A model generated the notes under the pieces. It ran no database searches, was not told where the DNA came from, and worked only from the letters and a program-made list of their open reading frames with translations. Shown in pieces: positions 47,706 through 56,088 of a stretch of DNA of 64,000 bases. Source of the stretch: Dehalococcoidia bacterium (GTDB taxonomy: Bacteria > Chloroflexota > Dehalococcoidia > UBA2979); contig CAXXDN010000002.1 in assembly GCA_963667465.2 (NCBI GenBank), forward strand, positions 992,001-1,056,000, read 5' to 3'. Positions within the stretch are counted from its first letter, which is position 1. The number at the start of each line of letters is the position of its first letter. The translations under genes were made by a program, and so were the position numbers.

Positions 47706-48608
47706 TCAGAGGCGCGCAATGATCTCCTGCTGATAGCGATCGATACCCGATCGTAGCTCCTCAATGTCCGAGCTCGCCCCGCTTTCGCGCGAGGAAACGA
47801 TCAGCCGCGAGGCGCCCAGCTCCATGTAGCTGCGCACGAGGCCGAGGTCGAGGCTGCGCGCGGCGTCCCAGCTCCCCGGCCAGACGCTGATCTCGACCTG
47901 CTCCGGGTCGCGCCCGGCCTCGCGGGCCGCGTCACGCAGATCCTCGAGCCGCGCCGCGAGGTCGCCGGGCGAAATCACGAAGGGGAAGAAGCCGTCGCCG
48001 CGTCGCCCGGCGCGGCGGGCGGCGAACTCGCTGCTGCCGCCGATGTGGATTGGGATGCCCCCGGCCCGCGCCGGCTTGGTGTCGTTTTGTACGCGCTCGA
48101 ACTGGATATGGCGCCCATCGTAACTCGCGGGGCCGGGCGCCCAGAGCGCGCGCATCGCCTCGATCGTCTCGTCAAGCCGACGGCCGCGGTCACGGTACGG
48201 CACGCCGATCGCTTCGTACTCCTCCTTCTGCCAGCCGAGGCCGACGCCGAGCAGCAGCCGGCCGCCGGAGAGCGCGTCGAGCGTCGCCGCGCGCTTCGCG
48301 AGGATTGCAGCACTGTGCTGCGAGGCGACGACCACGGCGGTGCCGACGCGCAGCGTGCTGCTGTTGGCAGCCACCCAGGAGAGCCACTCCAGCGGGTCCG
48401 GCATCACCGTGTCCGGGGTGGGCCCCCCGGGGATGCGCCCGTCGTCCGAGTAGGGATAGAGCGGCTCGTAGTCCTCGGCGATGATCACGTGCTCGACGGC
48501 CCACACAGACTCTACGCCCTGCTCCTCGAGCATCGCGGCGAGGCTCGCGACCCACTCGCCCGAGGTGATGTGCGGGCGCTGGAACGGCGGCAGGAAGCCG
48601 AGTTTCAC
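47706..48608 (-). CDS. LLM-class (probably F420-dependent) oxidoreductase
   Basis: W.VEH, DPL..L, ATLDALSGGR, GLGW.KEE, IHIGG. Confidence 0.9.
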   Translation of the reverse strand: MKLGFLPPFQRPHITSGEWVASLAAMLEEQGVESVWAVEHVIIAEDYEPLYPYSDDGRIPGGPTPDTVMPDPLEWLSWVAANSSTLRVGTAVVVASQHSAAILAKRAATLDALSGGRLLLGVGLGWQKEEYEAIGVPYRDRGRRLDETIEAMRALWAPGPASYDGRHIQFERVQNDTKPARAGGIPIHIGGSSEFAARRAGRRGDGFFPFVISPGDLAARLEDLRDAAREAGRDPEQVEISVWPGSWDAARSLDLGLVRSYMELGASRLIVSSRESGASSDIEELRSGIDRYQQEIIARL

Positions 48609-49843
48609 GCGGGCGCAGCTTCGGGCACGTGCGGGGTCTCGAGGAACTTCGTGCTGAGCGGTGCGCCGACCTCGAACGGATCCCTCAGTCCCAGTTCGTC
48701 GCCGATCTCACGCAGGGCAGGCAGTACGTCGGAGCCCATCAACTCGATGCAGCGCTTCGAGTCCTCGTGGCTGACCTTGCCGTCGTTGCCCCAGAGGGCG
48801 AGGATGCCCGGCCGCGTCTCCTCGAGCAGCACGCGCAGCCGCTCGACCACCTGGTCGGGCGTGCCAGCAACGATCTGCAGGTGCTCGAGTTGCTGCTCGA
48901 AAGGCATCGCCTGCGGGGCGTCGGCACGGTTGTTGATGCGCTTCAGGGTCGGCTCGCGGTTGGCGGGGGAGCCGTAGCCCGTGGGCGAGGACCAGACGGG
49001 GTGGCCGAGGCCGGTGAACTCGCCCTGCATCCACATGTACTCGCGGGCGTTGGCGATCGCCTTTTCTTCAGTGTCCTGGACGTGCACGCGCAGCAGGTAG
49101 CCGCGGTGCTCCGGGCCGGACTCGTAGCCGACCTCGTTCGCGGACTTCTCGTAAAGTTCCCAGATCTGCTTGGTCATCTCGATCGTGGTGTTGAGGCAGA
49201 CGTAGGGGTAGCGCTGCTGCGCGCACCAGACGATCGTCTCCGGACTGGCCACGCCGGGCACCCAGATGCGCGGGTGCGGCTTCTGCAGCGGGACCGCCCA
49301 CGGATTGACGACGCGGAACTCGTAGTTGTCGCCCTCCCAGCGCCACGGGCCGGGCTCCGTCCAGGCCTTCACCAACAGGTCGTGCGCCTCGTAGAAGCGC
49401 TCGCGGTTGAAGGCGGGGTTGACGTTGTTGGCGTACTGCTCGGTGCCGGCCCCGCGCACGATCCCGGCCACCAGGCGGCCCTTCGAGATCATATCGACCA
49501 TCGCCAGCGATTCCGCTGCCTGCAGCGGGTTCTCGAGCGTCGGCAGCGGAGTGCCGAGGAGCACGATCTTCACCCGCTCGGTCGCCGCGGCGAGCACGCT
49601 GGCCCAGACGGTGATCTGCGCCTGCATGCAGAACGGCGCGTCGTGGTGCTCGTTGAGCATGATCCCGTCGAAGCCCACCTCCTCGGCGAGCTTGTATTCG
49701 ATCAACCGCTCGTTGTAGAGGCGGCTGCCGGCGACGGCGTCGAAGTGCTTGTTGGAGAAGAGCAGCGCCGTTGTGCCGTCCTCCCCGACGGCGTCTTCCG
49801 GATAGGTCGACATCGGCTGCTCGGTGAAGTACATCAGGTGCAT
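48605..49843 (-). CDS. LLM-class flavin-dependent monooxygenase/oxidoreductase
   Basis: GFDGIMLNEHH, DMISKGRL, PLQKPHP, GTPDQV. Confidence 0.9.
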   Translation of the reverse strand: MHLMYFTEQPMSTYPEDAVGEDGTTALLFSNKHFDAVAGSRLYNERLIEYKLAEEVGFDGIMLNEHHDAPFCMQAQITVWASVLAAATERVKIVLLGTPLPTLENPLQAAESLAMVDMISKGRLVAGIVRGAGTEQYANNVNPAFNRERFYEAHDLLVKAWTEPGPWRWEGDNYEFRVVNPWAVPLQKPHPRIWVPGVASPETIVWCAQQRYPYVCLNTTIEMTKQIWELYEKSANEVGYESGPEHRGYLLRVHVQDTEEKAIANAREYMWMQGEFTGLGHPVWSSPTGYGSPANREPTLKRINNRADAPQAMPFEQQLEHLQIVAGTPDQVVERLRVLLEETRPGILALWGNDGKVSHEDSKRCIELMGSDVLPALREIGDELGLRDPFEVGAPLSTKFLETPHVPEAAPA

Positions 49844-49878
49844 CGGCTACCTCGTTTCGCGTCGTGCCGTTCCGTCCG

Positions 49879-50565
49879 TCACGCCTCTTCCGTCCAGCCG
49901 AGGATCGAGGAAGCGGCGGGGCAGTACACGTGCGCCAGCACCGGACTCACGATCCGCTGCGGGCGCTCCATGTCGAACCAGCCGTCCACCACGCCCCAGT
50001 GGTACGGGCTCACCATGTAGTCGACGGTCAGGCCGTCGACGGTCTGGTACTCCTGCTCCCAGACGTGCGTCCATTGCGTGTGCTGCAGCGCCGGATCGGT
50101 CCGGCTGCACGCCCAGTTGCGGATCGTGGCGATGTAGCGAGGCATGCTCATCAGCTCGCGCTCGAAGCGCGCCAGCGCTTCCGCCTCCGCACCGTCCTCC
50201 ACCCGCAGGAACAGCGTCCGCTTCACGAAGTCGCGGATGCCGGGTTCCGGAAGCTCACCATACTGCGGCGCGAAGCGCACCGCGTCGATCTGCGCAATCA
50301 CTGCCCGCGGCCCCTCGGCCTCGAAGTACGGCGCCAGCGCCGGCGAGGCCGCGACCAGCGCCGTCGCGTCGCCCTCAGGCGCCTCGTCGAAGAGCAGGTC
50401 CCACGTGTAGTCGCCCCCGCCGACGCTGCCCTCGATGTGCCGCCCGAGGTGGCCGCGCCGCGCGCCCAGCAGCTCGTGGGCCCCGGCCAGTGCGGCCTCG
50501 AACGCCTCGAGGGCCGCGCCGTTCGCGCCCTTGCGCAGGTGCAGCATGGCGACCTGGCGGATCAT
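49879..50565 (-). CDS. Dabb (dimeric alpha-beta barrel) two-domain protein
   Basis: MIRQV.ML.., M..MP.YI..I.NW, WTHVWEQEY, YM..PYH; family call by resemblance. Confidence 0.6.
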   Translation of the reverse strand: MIRQVAMLHLRKGANGAALEAFEAALAGAHELLGARRGHLGRHIEGSVGGGDYTWDLLFDEAPEGDATALVAASPALAPYFEAEGPRAVIAQIDAVRFAPQYGELPEPGIRDFVKRTLFLRVEDGAEAEALARFERELMSMPRYIATIRNWACSRTDPALQHTQWTHVWEQEYQTVDGLTVDYMVSPYHWGVVDGWFDMERPQRIVSPVLAHVYCPAASSILGWTEEA

Positions 50566-50903
50566 GGCGCCTCCAGTTCGGCCGCTGCGAGGAAGAGGCG
50601 CTCGCGCGAGACGGCCAGCTCCGCGCTGTCCTCCCACCACGCCGCCGCGCCCTGCTCGCGCGACTGCCGGCGCATCGCCCAGAACTCCGGGAACGACCAC
50701 AGCAGGTAGAGGTCGTTGCTCTCGTCCTGCAGCTCGAGTGGCGGCTCGATCCAGGAGCCGACGAGCGTCATCCCGCGCTCGAGCGCCAACGGCAGGTACT
50801 CCCGGGCGACCCGCTCGCGGTACTCGCCCAGGCAGCCCGGCTGCACGGTCACGCGGTCGAGGATGTAACCGCTGGTGATGCCTCCGCCCGCATCGCTGGT
50901 CAT
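50562..50903 (-). CDS. NIPSNAP-like small alpha-beta barrel protein
   Basis: V.V.PG...EY...YLP...RGM.LVGSW...LW pattern; ATGA overlaps on both sides. Confidence 0.6.
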   Translation of the reverse strand: MTSDAGGGITSGYILDRVTVQPGCLGEYRERVAREYLPLALERGMTLVGSWIEPPLELQDESNDLYLLWSFPEFWAMRRQSREQGAAAWWEDSAELAVSRERLFLAAAELEAP

Positions 50904-52129
50904 ACGGTGATCCCCTGCTCGGTCAGATCGGCGAGCTCCTCGGCGCTGAGGCCGAGCAGGCCGCACAGCACTTCCTCGGTATGCTCGCCGAGCAGCGGCG
51001 AGACGCCGTACTCGACGTCCGGGATCGCGCTGAAGCGGCCGGGCAGGCCGGCGAGGCGGCGCTTCCCTACCTCCGGGTGCACGGTCTCCACGAACGCGCC
51101 GAGCGCGTTGAGTTGCGGATCATCGAGCGTCTCGAACGTGTCGAGGACTGGCGCGGACGGGACGGCGTACGCCTGGAGTTGCTCGGCCGCCTCGTAATGG
51201 CTGCGCCCGCGCGTCCAGGCGGTGAGTCGCTCGTCGATCTCGTCGTGGTGCTCGGTCCGGCCCTCGTGCGTAGCGAAGCGCGGATCGGCCGCCCACCCGG
51301 GGCTGCCGAGCGCCTCGCCGAGGGCGCGCCACTGTTCGTCGCCCTCGACGGAGATGGCGACCCACCGGTCGTCGCCGGTGGAGCGGTAGACGCCTCTCGG
51401 CGCGAAGTGCGGGTGGCGATTACCGCGCCGCGGCGTCTCGCGCCCGTTCATCGTGTAGTCCAGCACCGCCTCCGGGATCGTCGAGGTCACCGTCTCGGCC
51501 ATCGCGATCTCGATCCATTGCCCCTCGCCGGTGCGGTTGCGGTGATGCAGGGCCGCGAGGACTGAGAACGCCATGTGAATGCCGATCATGAAGTCGGGAT
51601 AGTCGCGGCCCAGGCCCGTCGGCATGCCACCCTCGTAGCCGGTGATGTAGGGCAGACCGGCGTAGGCCTGCGTGTTCGGCCCGAAGCCGGTGGCGTCCTT
51701 GTCCGGGCCGTCCTGACCGAGCGGGGAGCCGGAGAGCATGATGATGTCCGGCTTGACCTTCCGTAGTGCCTCGTAGCCCAGCCCCATCCGCTCCATCACG
51801 CCGGCGGCGAAGTTCTCCGTCACGATGTCGCTCTGCCGCACCATGTCCATGACGAGCTCGATGCCGCGCGGCTGCGTCAGATCGATGGTGACGCAGCGCT
51901 TTCCGAAGTTGACGCCGTTGTACATCGAGGCGCGGTTGATGCCGTTGATGCCATCGGCGCCATTGCGCAACCCGCCCATGCGCGTGATGTCCGGGCGCAC
52001 GGTCGACTCCACCCGGATCACGTCCGCGCCGAACGTCGCAAGCCACGAGGTGGCGTGCGGCACTGCCAGCACCCAGCCGATGTCCGTGATGCGGACGCCA
52101 TCAAGCGGCGCGTGCTGCCCGGCGCTCAT
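50900..52129 (-). CDS. Family III (CaiB/BaiF) CoA-transferase subunit
   Basis: PLDGVRI, GADVIRVE, KRCVTIDL, ENF, GLGYE, PLLGEHT. Confidence 0.93.
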   Translation of the reverse strand: MSAGQHAPLDGVRITDIGWVLAVPHATSWLATFGADVIRVESTVRPDITRMGGLRNGADGINGINRASMYNGVNFGKRCVTIDLTQPRGIELVMDMVRQSDIVTENFAAGVMERMGLGYEALRKVKPDIIMLSGSPLGQDGPDKDATGFGPNTQAYAGLPYITGYEGGMPTGLGRDYPDFMIGIHMAFSVLAALHHRNRTGEGQWIEIAMAETVTSTIPEAVLDYTMNGRETPRRGNRHPHFAPRGVYRSTGDDRWVAISVEGDEQWRALGEALGSPGWAADPRFATHEGRTEHHDEIDERLTAWTRGRSHYEAAEQLQAYAVPSAPVLDTFETLDDPQLNALGAFVETVHPEVGKRRLAGLPGRFSAIPDVEYGVSPLLGEHTEEVLCGLLGLSAEELADLTEQGITV

Positions 52130-53289
52130 CGCGGCGCCTCCAGCACCTCGTCGTTGTGCGCGCCCAGCCGCGGGGCGGGTTCGCGCACCGTCGCCGGCGT
52201 CGCCGAGTAGCGCGCAGGCGGCCCGGGCTGCGTGAGCACTCCCACATCGGGATGTTCGACCTCGACGAAGAACTCGCGATGCTGGTACTGGCGCGACTCG
52301 ATCAGTTCCTGCATCGAGTTCACGGGGAAGCAGGGGATGCCGGTGTCCCTCGCCAGTTCGTAGATGTCCATCTTCTGCTGCGTGAGCAGCCACTCCACGG
52401 TCAACTGCTCCAGCACATCGTTGTTCGCGTGGCGGCCCTCCGCGGTGTCGAAGGCCTCGCTCATCGCCCAGGCGGGCTTGCCGGCCAACTCCCTGAACGT
52501 GGCCCACCAGTGGTCCGCGATGAACGGCGAGAAGGAGATGTAGCCGTCCTCGCAGGGCAGCACCCAGGAATAGCCGTGCTTGATACGCGGCGGGGCCAGC
52601 TCAGGCGTGTACGAGGCGGCCGAGTAGTCGTTGCGCAGCATCGCGTTCACTGCCTCGAAGCGCGAGATGTCGACGAGTTGACCCTCGCCGACGGCCTTGC
52701 GGTGGAAGACGGCCAGCATCGTCATCGCCGCCGCCGTCGCGCCGGAGAGGTAGTCGGTCTGGTAGCCGCCGCCGGCGAGTGGCGGCTGCGCCTCGAGGTC
52801 GGTGACCTGTCCGTAGGGCGTTTGGAAGCCGAGCCCGCTCATCATGTAGGCCGTGAAGTCCGTCGCGACCCAGTCCCGACAGGGCCCGACAAGCCCGAAC
52901 GGCGTGATCGCCGTCATGATCAACTGGTCGTTGAGCGGCTGCAGCTCCTCGTAGCTGAGCGCGAACTCCTCGAGTTCCTTCGCCGCCAGATCGATCACGA
53001 GGATGTCGACCTGGCCTATCAGCCGCCGCAGCAGCCCGCGCGACGCCTCGTCGCCAACGTCGAGCGTGACGCTGCGCTTGTTGTGGTTGAGGTAGATGAA
53101 CTGGCCGCTGCGCTCCGGGTGCGCCTCGTCGCCGGGGAAGGGGCCGTGGCGGCGCGAGCGGTCGCCCTCGGGCGGCTCGATCTTGATCACGTCCGCTCCG
53201 AGGTCGGCGAGCAGCTTGCCGCAGAACGGCCCGGCGACGCCCTGCGCCACCTCGAGCACGGAGAGGTCGGACAGCGCGCCGTCGCTCAT
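52126..53289 (-). CDS. Family III (CaiB/BaiF) CoA-transferase subunit
   Basis: LADLGADVIKIEPPEGD, NKRSVTLD, GQLVDIS, APRLGAHN. Confidence 0.93.
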   Translation of the reverse strand: MSDGALSDLSVLEVAQGVAGPFCGKLLADLGADVIKIEPPEGDRSRRHGPFPGDEAHPERSGQFIYLNHNKRSVTLDVGDEASRGLLRRLIGQVDILVIDLAAKELEEFALSYEELQPLNDQLIMTAITPFGLVGPCRDWVATDFTAYMMSGLGFQTPYGQVTDLEAQPPLAGGGYQTDYLSGATAAAMTMLAVFHRKAVGEGQLVDISRFEAVNAMLRNDYSAASYTPELAPPRIKHGYSWVLPCEDGYISFSPFIADHWWATFRELAGKPAWAMSEAFDTAEGRHANNDVLEQLTVEWLLTQQKMDIYELARDTGIPCFPVNSMQELIESRQYQHREFFVEVEHPDVGVLTQPGPPARYSATPATVREPAPRLGAHNDEVLEAPR

Positions 53290-53490
53290 GCTCCCCCCGC
53301 TCCGTCGGTGTCTGACGGACACCGCGCAGCCCCATCACGCGCCCGCAGGGTACTCCGTTGCGGCGAGCCGTGGCGCCCTCGAGCCGCACGATCCCGGGCA
53401 AGCACGTTTCGCTATACTCGCCGCCCAGCGCGAACATCCACCCGCCGGGCCCGGACGGCCCGACAGCAGTGCGACGAAGGGGGCTGACGC

Positions 53491-53988
53491 ATGAGCGACG
53501 AGCCTATGGTCCCGCCCGAGGCGACAGCGATGATCGGCCAGGAGACCCGGCGCGGCACCGGCGTCGTCTACCAGAAGGAGGCCCAGCGCTGGGCCGCCGC
53601 CGTGGGCGACCTGAATCCGCGCTACTTCGACGCGGAGGCGGCCGCGGCGGAGGGCTTCAGCGACACGCCGATCCCGCCGCTGTTCGTCTCGCAGGTGATG
53701 CAGGGCGTCACGATCCGCGACGGCCTGCGCCACGACGGCATCCCCGGGGGCGGCGGCGGCGGCATCCCGCTCAACAACGCCCCACGCCGGATGGCCGGCG
53801 GCGAGGAGTACGAGTTCATCGCGCCGATCTATCCCGGCGACACCCTCACCGCCGTCACGCACGTCGCCAACATCGAGGAGAAGACGGGCCGATCCGGCCG
53901 CTTCGTGCTGATGACGAGTGAGACCACCTACACGAACCAGCACGGCGAGGTCGTCGTGCGCTCGCGCATGTCCACGATCGCGAACTGA
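53491..53988 (+). CDS. MaoC-like dehydratase N-terminal-type (hotdog) subunit
   Basis: A.AVGD.NP.Y.D, EYEF..PI.PGD, EKTGRSG, TYTNQ.GE. Confidence 0.85.
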   Translation: MSDEPMVPPEATAMIGQETRRGTGVVYQKEAQRWAAAVGDLNPRYFDAEAAAAEGFSDTPIPPLFVSQVMQGVTIRDGLRHDGIPGGGGGGIPLNNAPRRMAGGEEYEFIAPIYPGDTLTAVTHVANIEEKTGRSGRFVLMTSETTYTNQHGEVVVRSRMSTIAN

Positions 53989-54001
53989 CGGAGCGAAGAC
54001 G

Positions 54002-54436
54002 ATGGCAGACCAGATCTACTTCGAGGACGTGAACGTCGGCGACGAGCTGCCGGAGGTGGTGGAGACCGTTGACGAGGTGCAGATGTTCTTCTTCAGCGCC
54101 GCCACCAACAACGGCCACCGCATCCACTACGACGCGCCCTACACCACGGAGGTCGAGGACCGCCCGAACATCCTCGTGCATGGCCCGCTGCAGGCAGCGC
54201 TGCTGGCGAAGATGGTGACCGACTGGCACGGGCCGGCCGGCCACCTCAAGCGCTTCCGCATCCAGAACCGCGGCAACGCCTTCCCGCACGAGAACCTGTA
54301 TTACGGCGGCACGATCACCGACAAGCGCGAGGAGGACGGCGAGGCGCTGGTCGACCTCGACGTGTACGAGCGCAACGAGGGCGGCGACGTGCTGGTGCCC
54401 GGCGCCGCCACGGTGAGCCTGCCGCGCCGCTCCTGA
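54002..54436 (+). CDS. MaoC-like dehydratase subunit
   Basis: YFEDVNVGDELP, N.HRIHYD, LVHGPL. Confidence 0.85.
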   Translation: MADQIYFEDVNVGDELPEVVETVDEVQMFFFSAATNNGHRIHYDAPYTTEVEDRPNILVHGPLQAALLAKMVTDWHGPAGHLKRFRIQNRGNAFPHENLYYGGTITDKREEDGEALVDLDVYERNEGGDVLVPGAATVSLPRRS

Positions 54437-54479
54437 GGCGCCCGGAGGCCCGACCGCCGACACCCGAAGGGGGTGAGCC

Positions 54480-55673
54480 ATGGGACTGAGAGGCGACGCA
54501 GCGATCGTCGGCATCGCCGAGTGGAAGCCGGAGCGCCGGCCGACCCGCGAGCCGATGTTCTCGTTCGAGCAGTACGCCGAGCTGGCGAAGGAGGCGCTCG
54601 ACGACGCCGGCATTGGCGTGAAGGAGGTCAACGGCCTCTGCACCACCGGCGTGCGCGAGTCCTCGATGTTCGCGCCGGCCACGCTCTCCGAGTACATGGG
54701 GATGCCGGTCAACCTGGCCGAGCACGTCGACCTCGGTGGTGCCAGCTCGGCGGGGATGATCTGGCGGGCGGCCGCGGCGATCGAGCTGGGGCTCTGTGAC
54801 GTGGTGGTGTGCGCGACGCCCTCGGGGCCGACACCGCAGCCGCCGGGCGGGCCGGTCAATCCCGGCTACCTCGGCGCCTCGAGCGGAGCCTTCGGCTCGC
54901 CGCAGGCGGAGTTCGATATCCCCTACGGCAACCTGGCGCAGAACTGCGGCTACGCGCAGATCGCGCAGCGCTACGCCGCCGAGTTCGGCTACGACGAACG
55001 CGCGCTGGCGAAGATCGCGGTCGACCAGCGCACCAACGCCTGCGCCTACCCGCCCGCCTTCTTCCACGGCCAGCCGATCACGGTCGACGACGTGCTGAAC
55101 AGCCCGATCATCGCGGACCCGCTGCACCTGCTGGAGATCGTGATGCCGTGCAGCGGCGGGGCAGCCGTGATCCTCGCCAGCCGCGAGCGGGCGCTGCGCA
55201 GCAACCACCGGCCCGCCTTCCTCACCGGCTTCGGCGAGCACCTGGCGTTCAAGACGCCGAGCTACGCCGCGGACCTGGTGCGCACGCCGATGAAGCCCGC
55301 CGCCGACAAGGCGTTCGAGATGGCCGCTGTGGCGCGCTCGGAGATCGACGCGGCCCAGCTCTACGACTGCTACACGATCACCGTGCTGCTGGCGTTGGAG
55401 GACATGGGCTTCTGCGAGAAGGGCGAGGGCGCGCGCTTCGTCAACGAGCACGACCTGACCTACGCGGGAGACTTCCCGCTCAACACCAACGGCGGCCAGC
55501 TCTCCTTCGGCCAGCCCGGCATGAGCGGCGGGATGTCGCACGTCACCGAGGGCGCGCGCCAGATCATGGGCCGCGGCGACGCGAACCAGCTCGAGAGCTG
55601 CGACACGGTCCTGGTCCTCAACAACGGCGGGATCATGAGCGAACAGGTCGCGCTGATCCTGAGAGGGGAGTAG
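54480..55673 (+). CDS. Thiolase-family protein (SCP2/Ltp-type), lacking the nucleophilic Cys
   Basis: AIVGI, DLGGASS, LYDCY, NTNGGQLS. Confidence 0.9.
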   Translation: MGLRGDAAIVGIAEWKPERRPTREPMFSFEQYAELAKEALDDAGIGVKEVNGLCTTGVRESSMFAPATLSEYMGMPVNLAEHVDLGGASSAGMIWRAAAAIELGLCDVVVCATPSGPTPQPPGGPVNPGYLGASSGAFGSPQAEFDIPYGNLAQNCGYAQIAQRYAAEFGYDERALAKIAVDQRTNACAYPPAFFHGQPITVDDVLNSPIIADPLHLLEIVMPCSGGAAVILASRERALRSNHRPAFLTGFGEHLAFKTPSYAADLVRTPMKPAADKAFEMAAVARSEIDAAQLYDCYTITVLLALEDMGFCEKGEGARFVNEHDLTYAGDFPLNTNGGQLSFGQPGMSGGMSHVTEGARQIMGRGDANQLESCDTVLVLNNGGIMSEQVALILRGE

Positions 55674-55677
55674 CGCT

Positions 55678-56073
55678 GTGGAGAAGCCAGTCCCGGTCCC
55701 GACCCCGCAGACCCAGCCCTTCTGGGACGCCCTCGCCGAGGGCCGCGTCGAGCTCCAGCACTGCGGGAGCTGCGAGCAGTACATCTACTACCCGCGCACC
55801 CACTGCCCCGGCTGCCTGACCCGCGACCTCGAGTGGCGCGAGCTGTCGGGCAACGGCGTCGTGCATACCTACACGGTCGCGCGGCGTCCCACGGCGCCGC
55901 CGTGGTCGGAGGACGTGCCGCAGCTGATCGCCGTCGTCGAACTGGACGAGGGTCCGCGCCTGACGACGGAGCTCGTCAACGTCGAGCCGGACGCAATCGA
56001 GGTGGGGCTGCGCGTGCAGCCGGTCTTCCGGGCCGTCGGTGAGGCAACGCTGCTGCTCTACGAGCCCGCCTGA
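55678..56073 (+). CDS. DUF35/ChsH2-type Zn-ribbon OB-fold protein
   Basis: PFW, CGSC...YPR..CPGC, SG.G.V.TYT, VELDEGPR. Confidence 0.92.
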   Translation: MEKPVPVPTPQTQPFWDALAEGRVELQHCGSCEQYIYYPRTHCPGCLTRDLEWRELSGNGVVHTYTVARRPTAPPWSEDVPQLIAVVELDEGPRLTTELVNVEPDAIEVGLRVQPVFRAVGEATLLLYEPA

Positions 56074-56088
56074 CGGCGCCGCCCGCCG

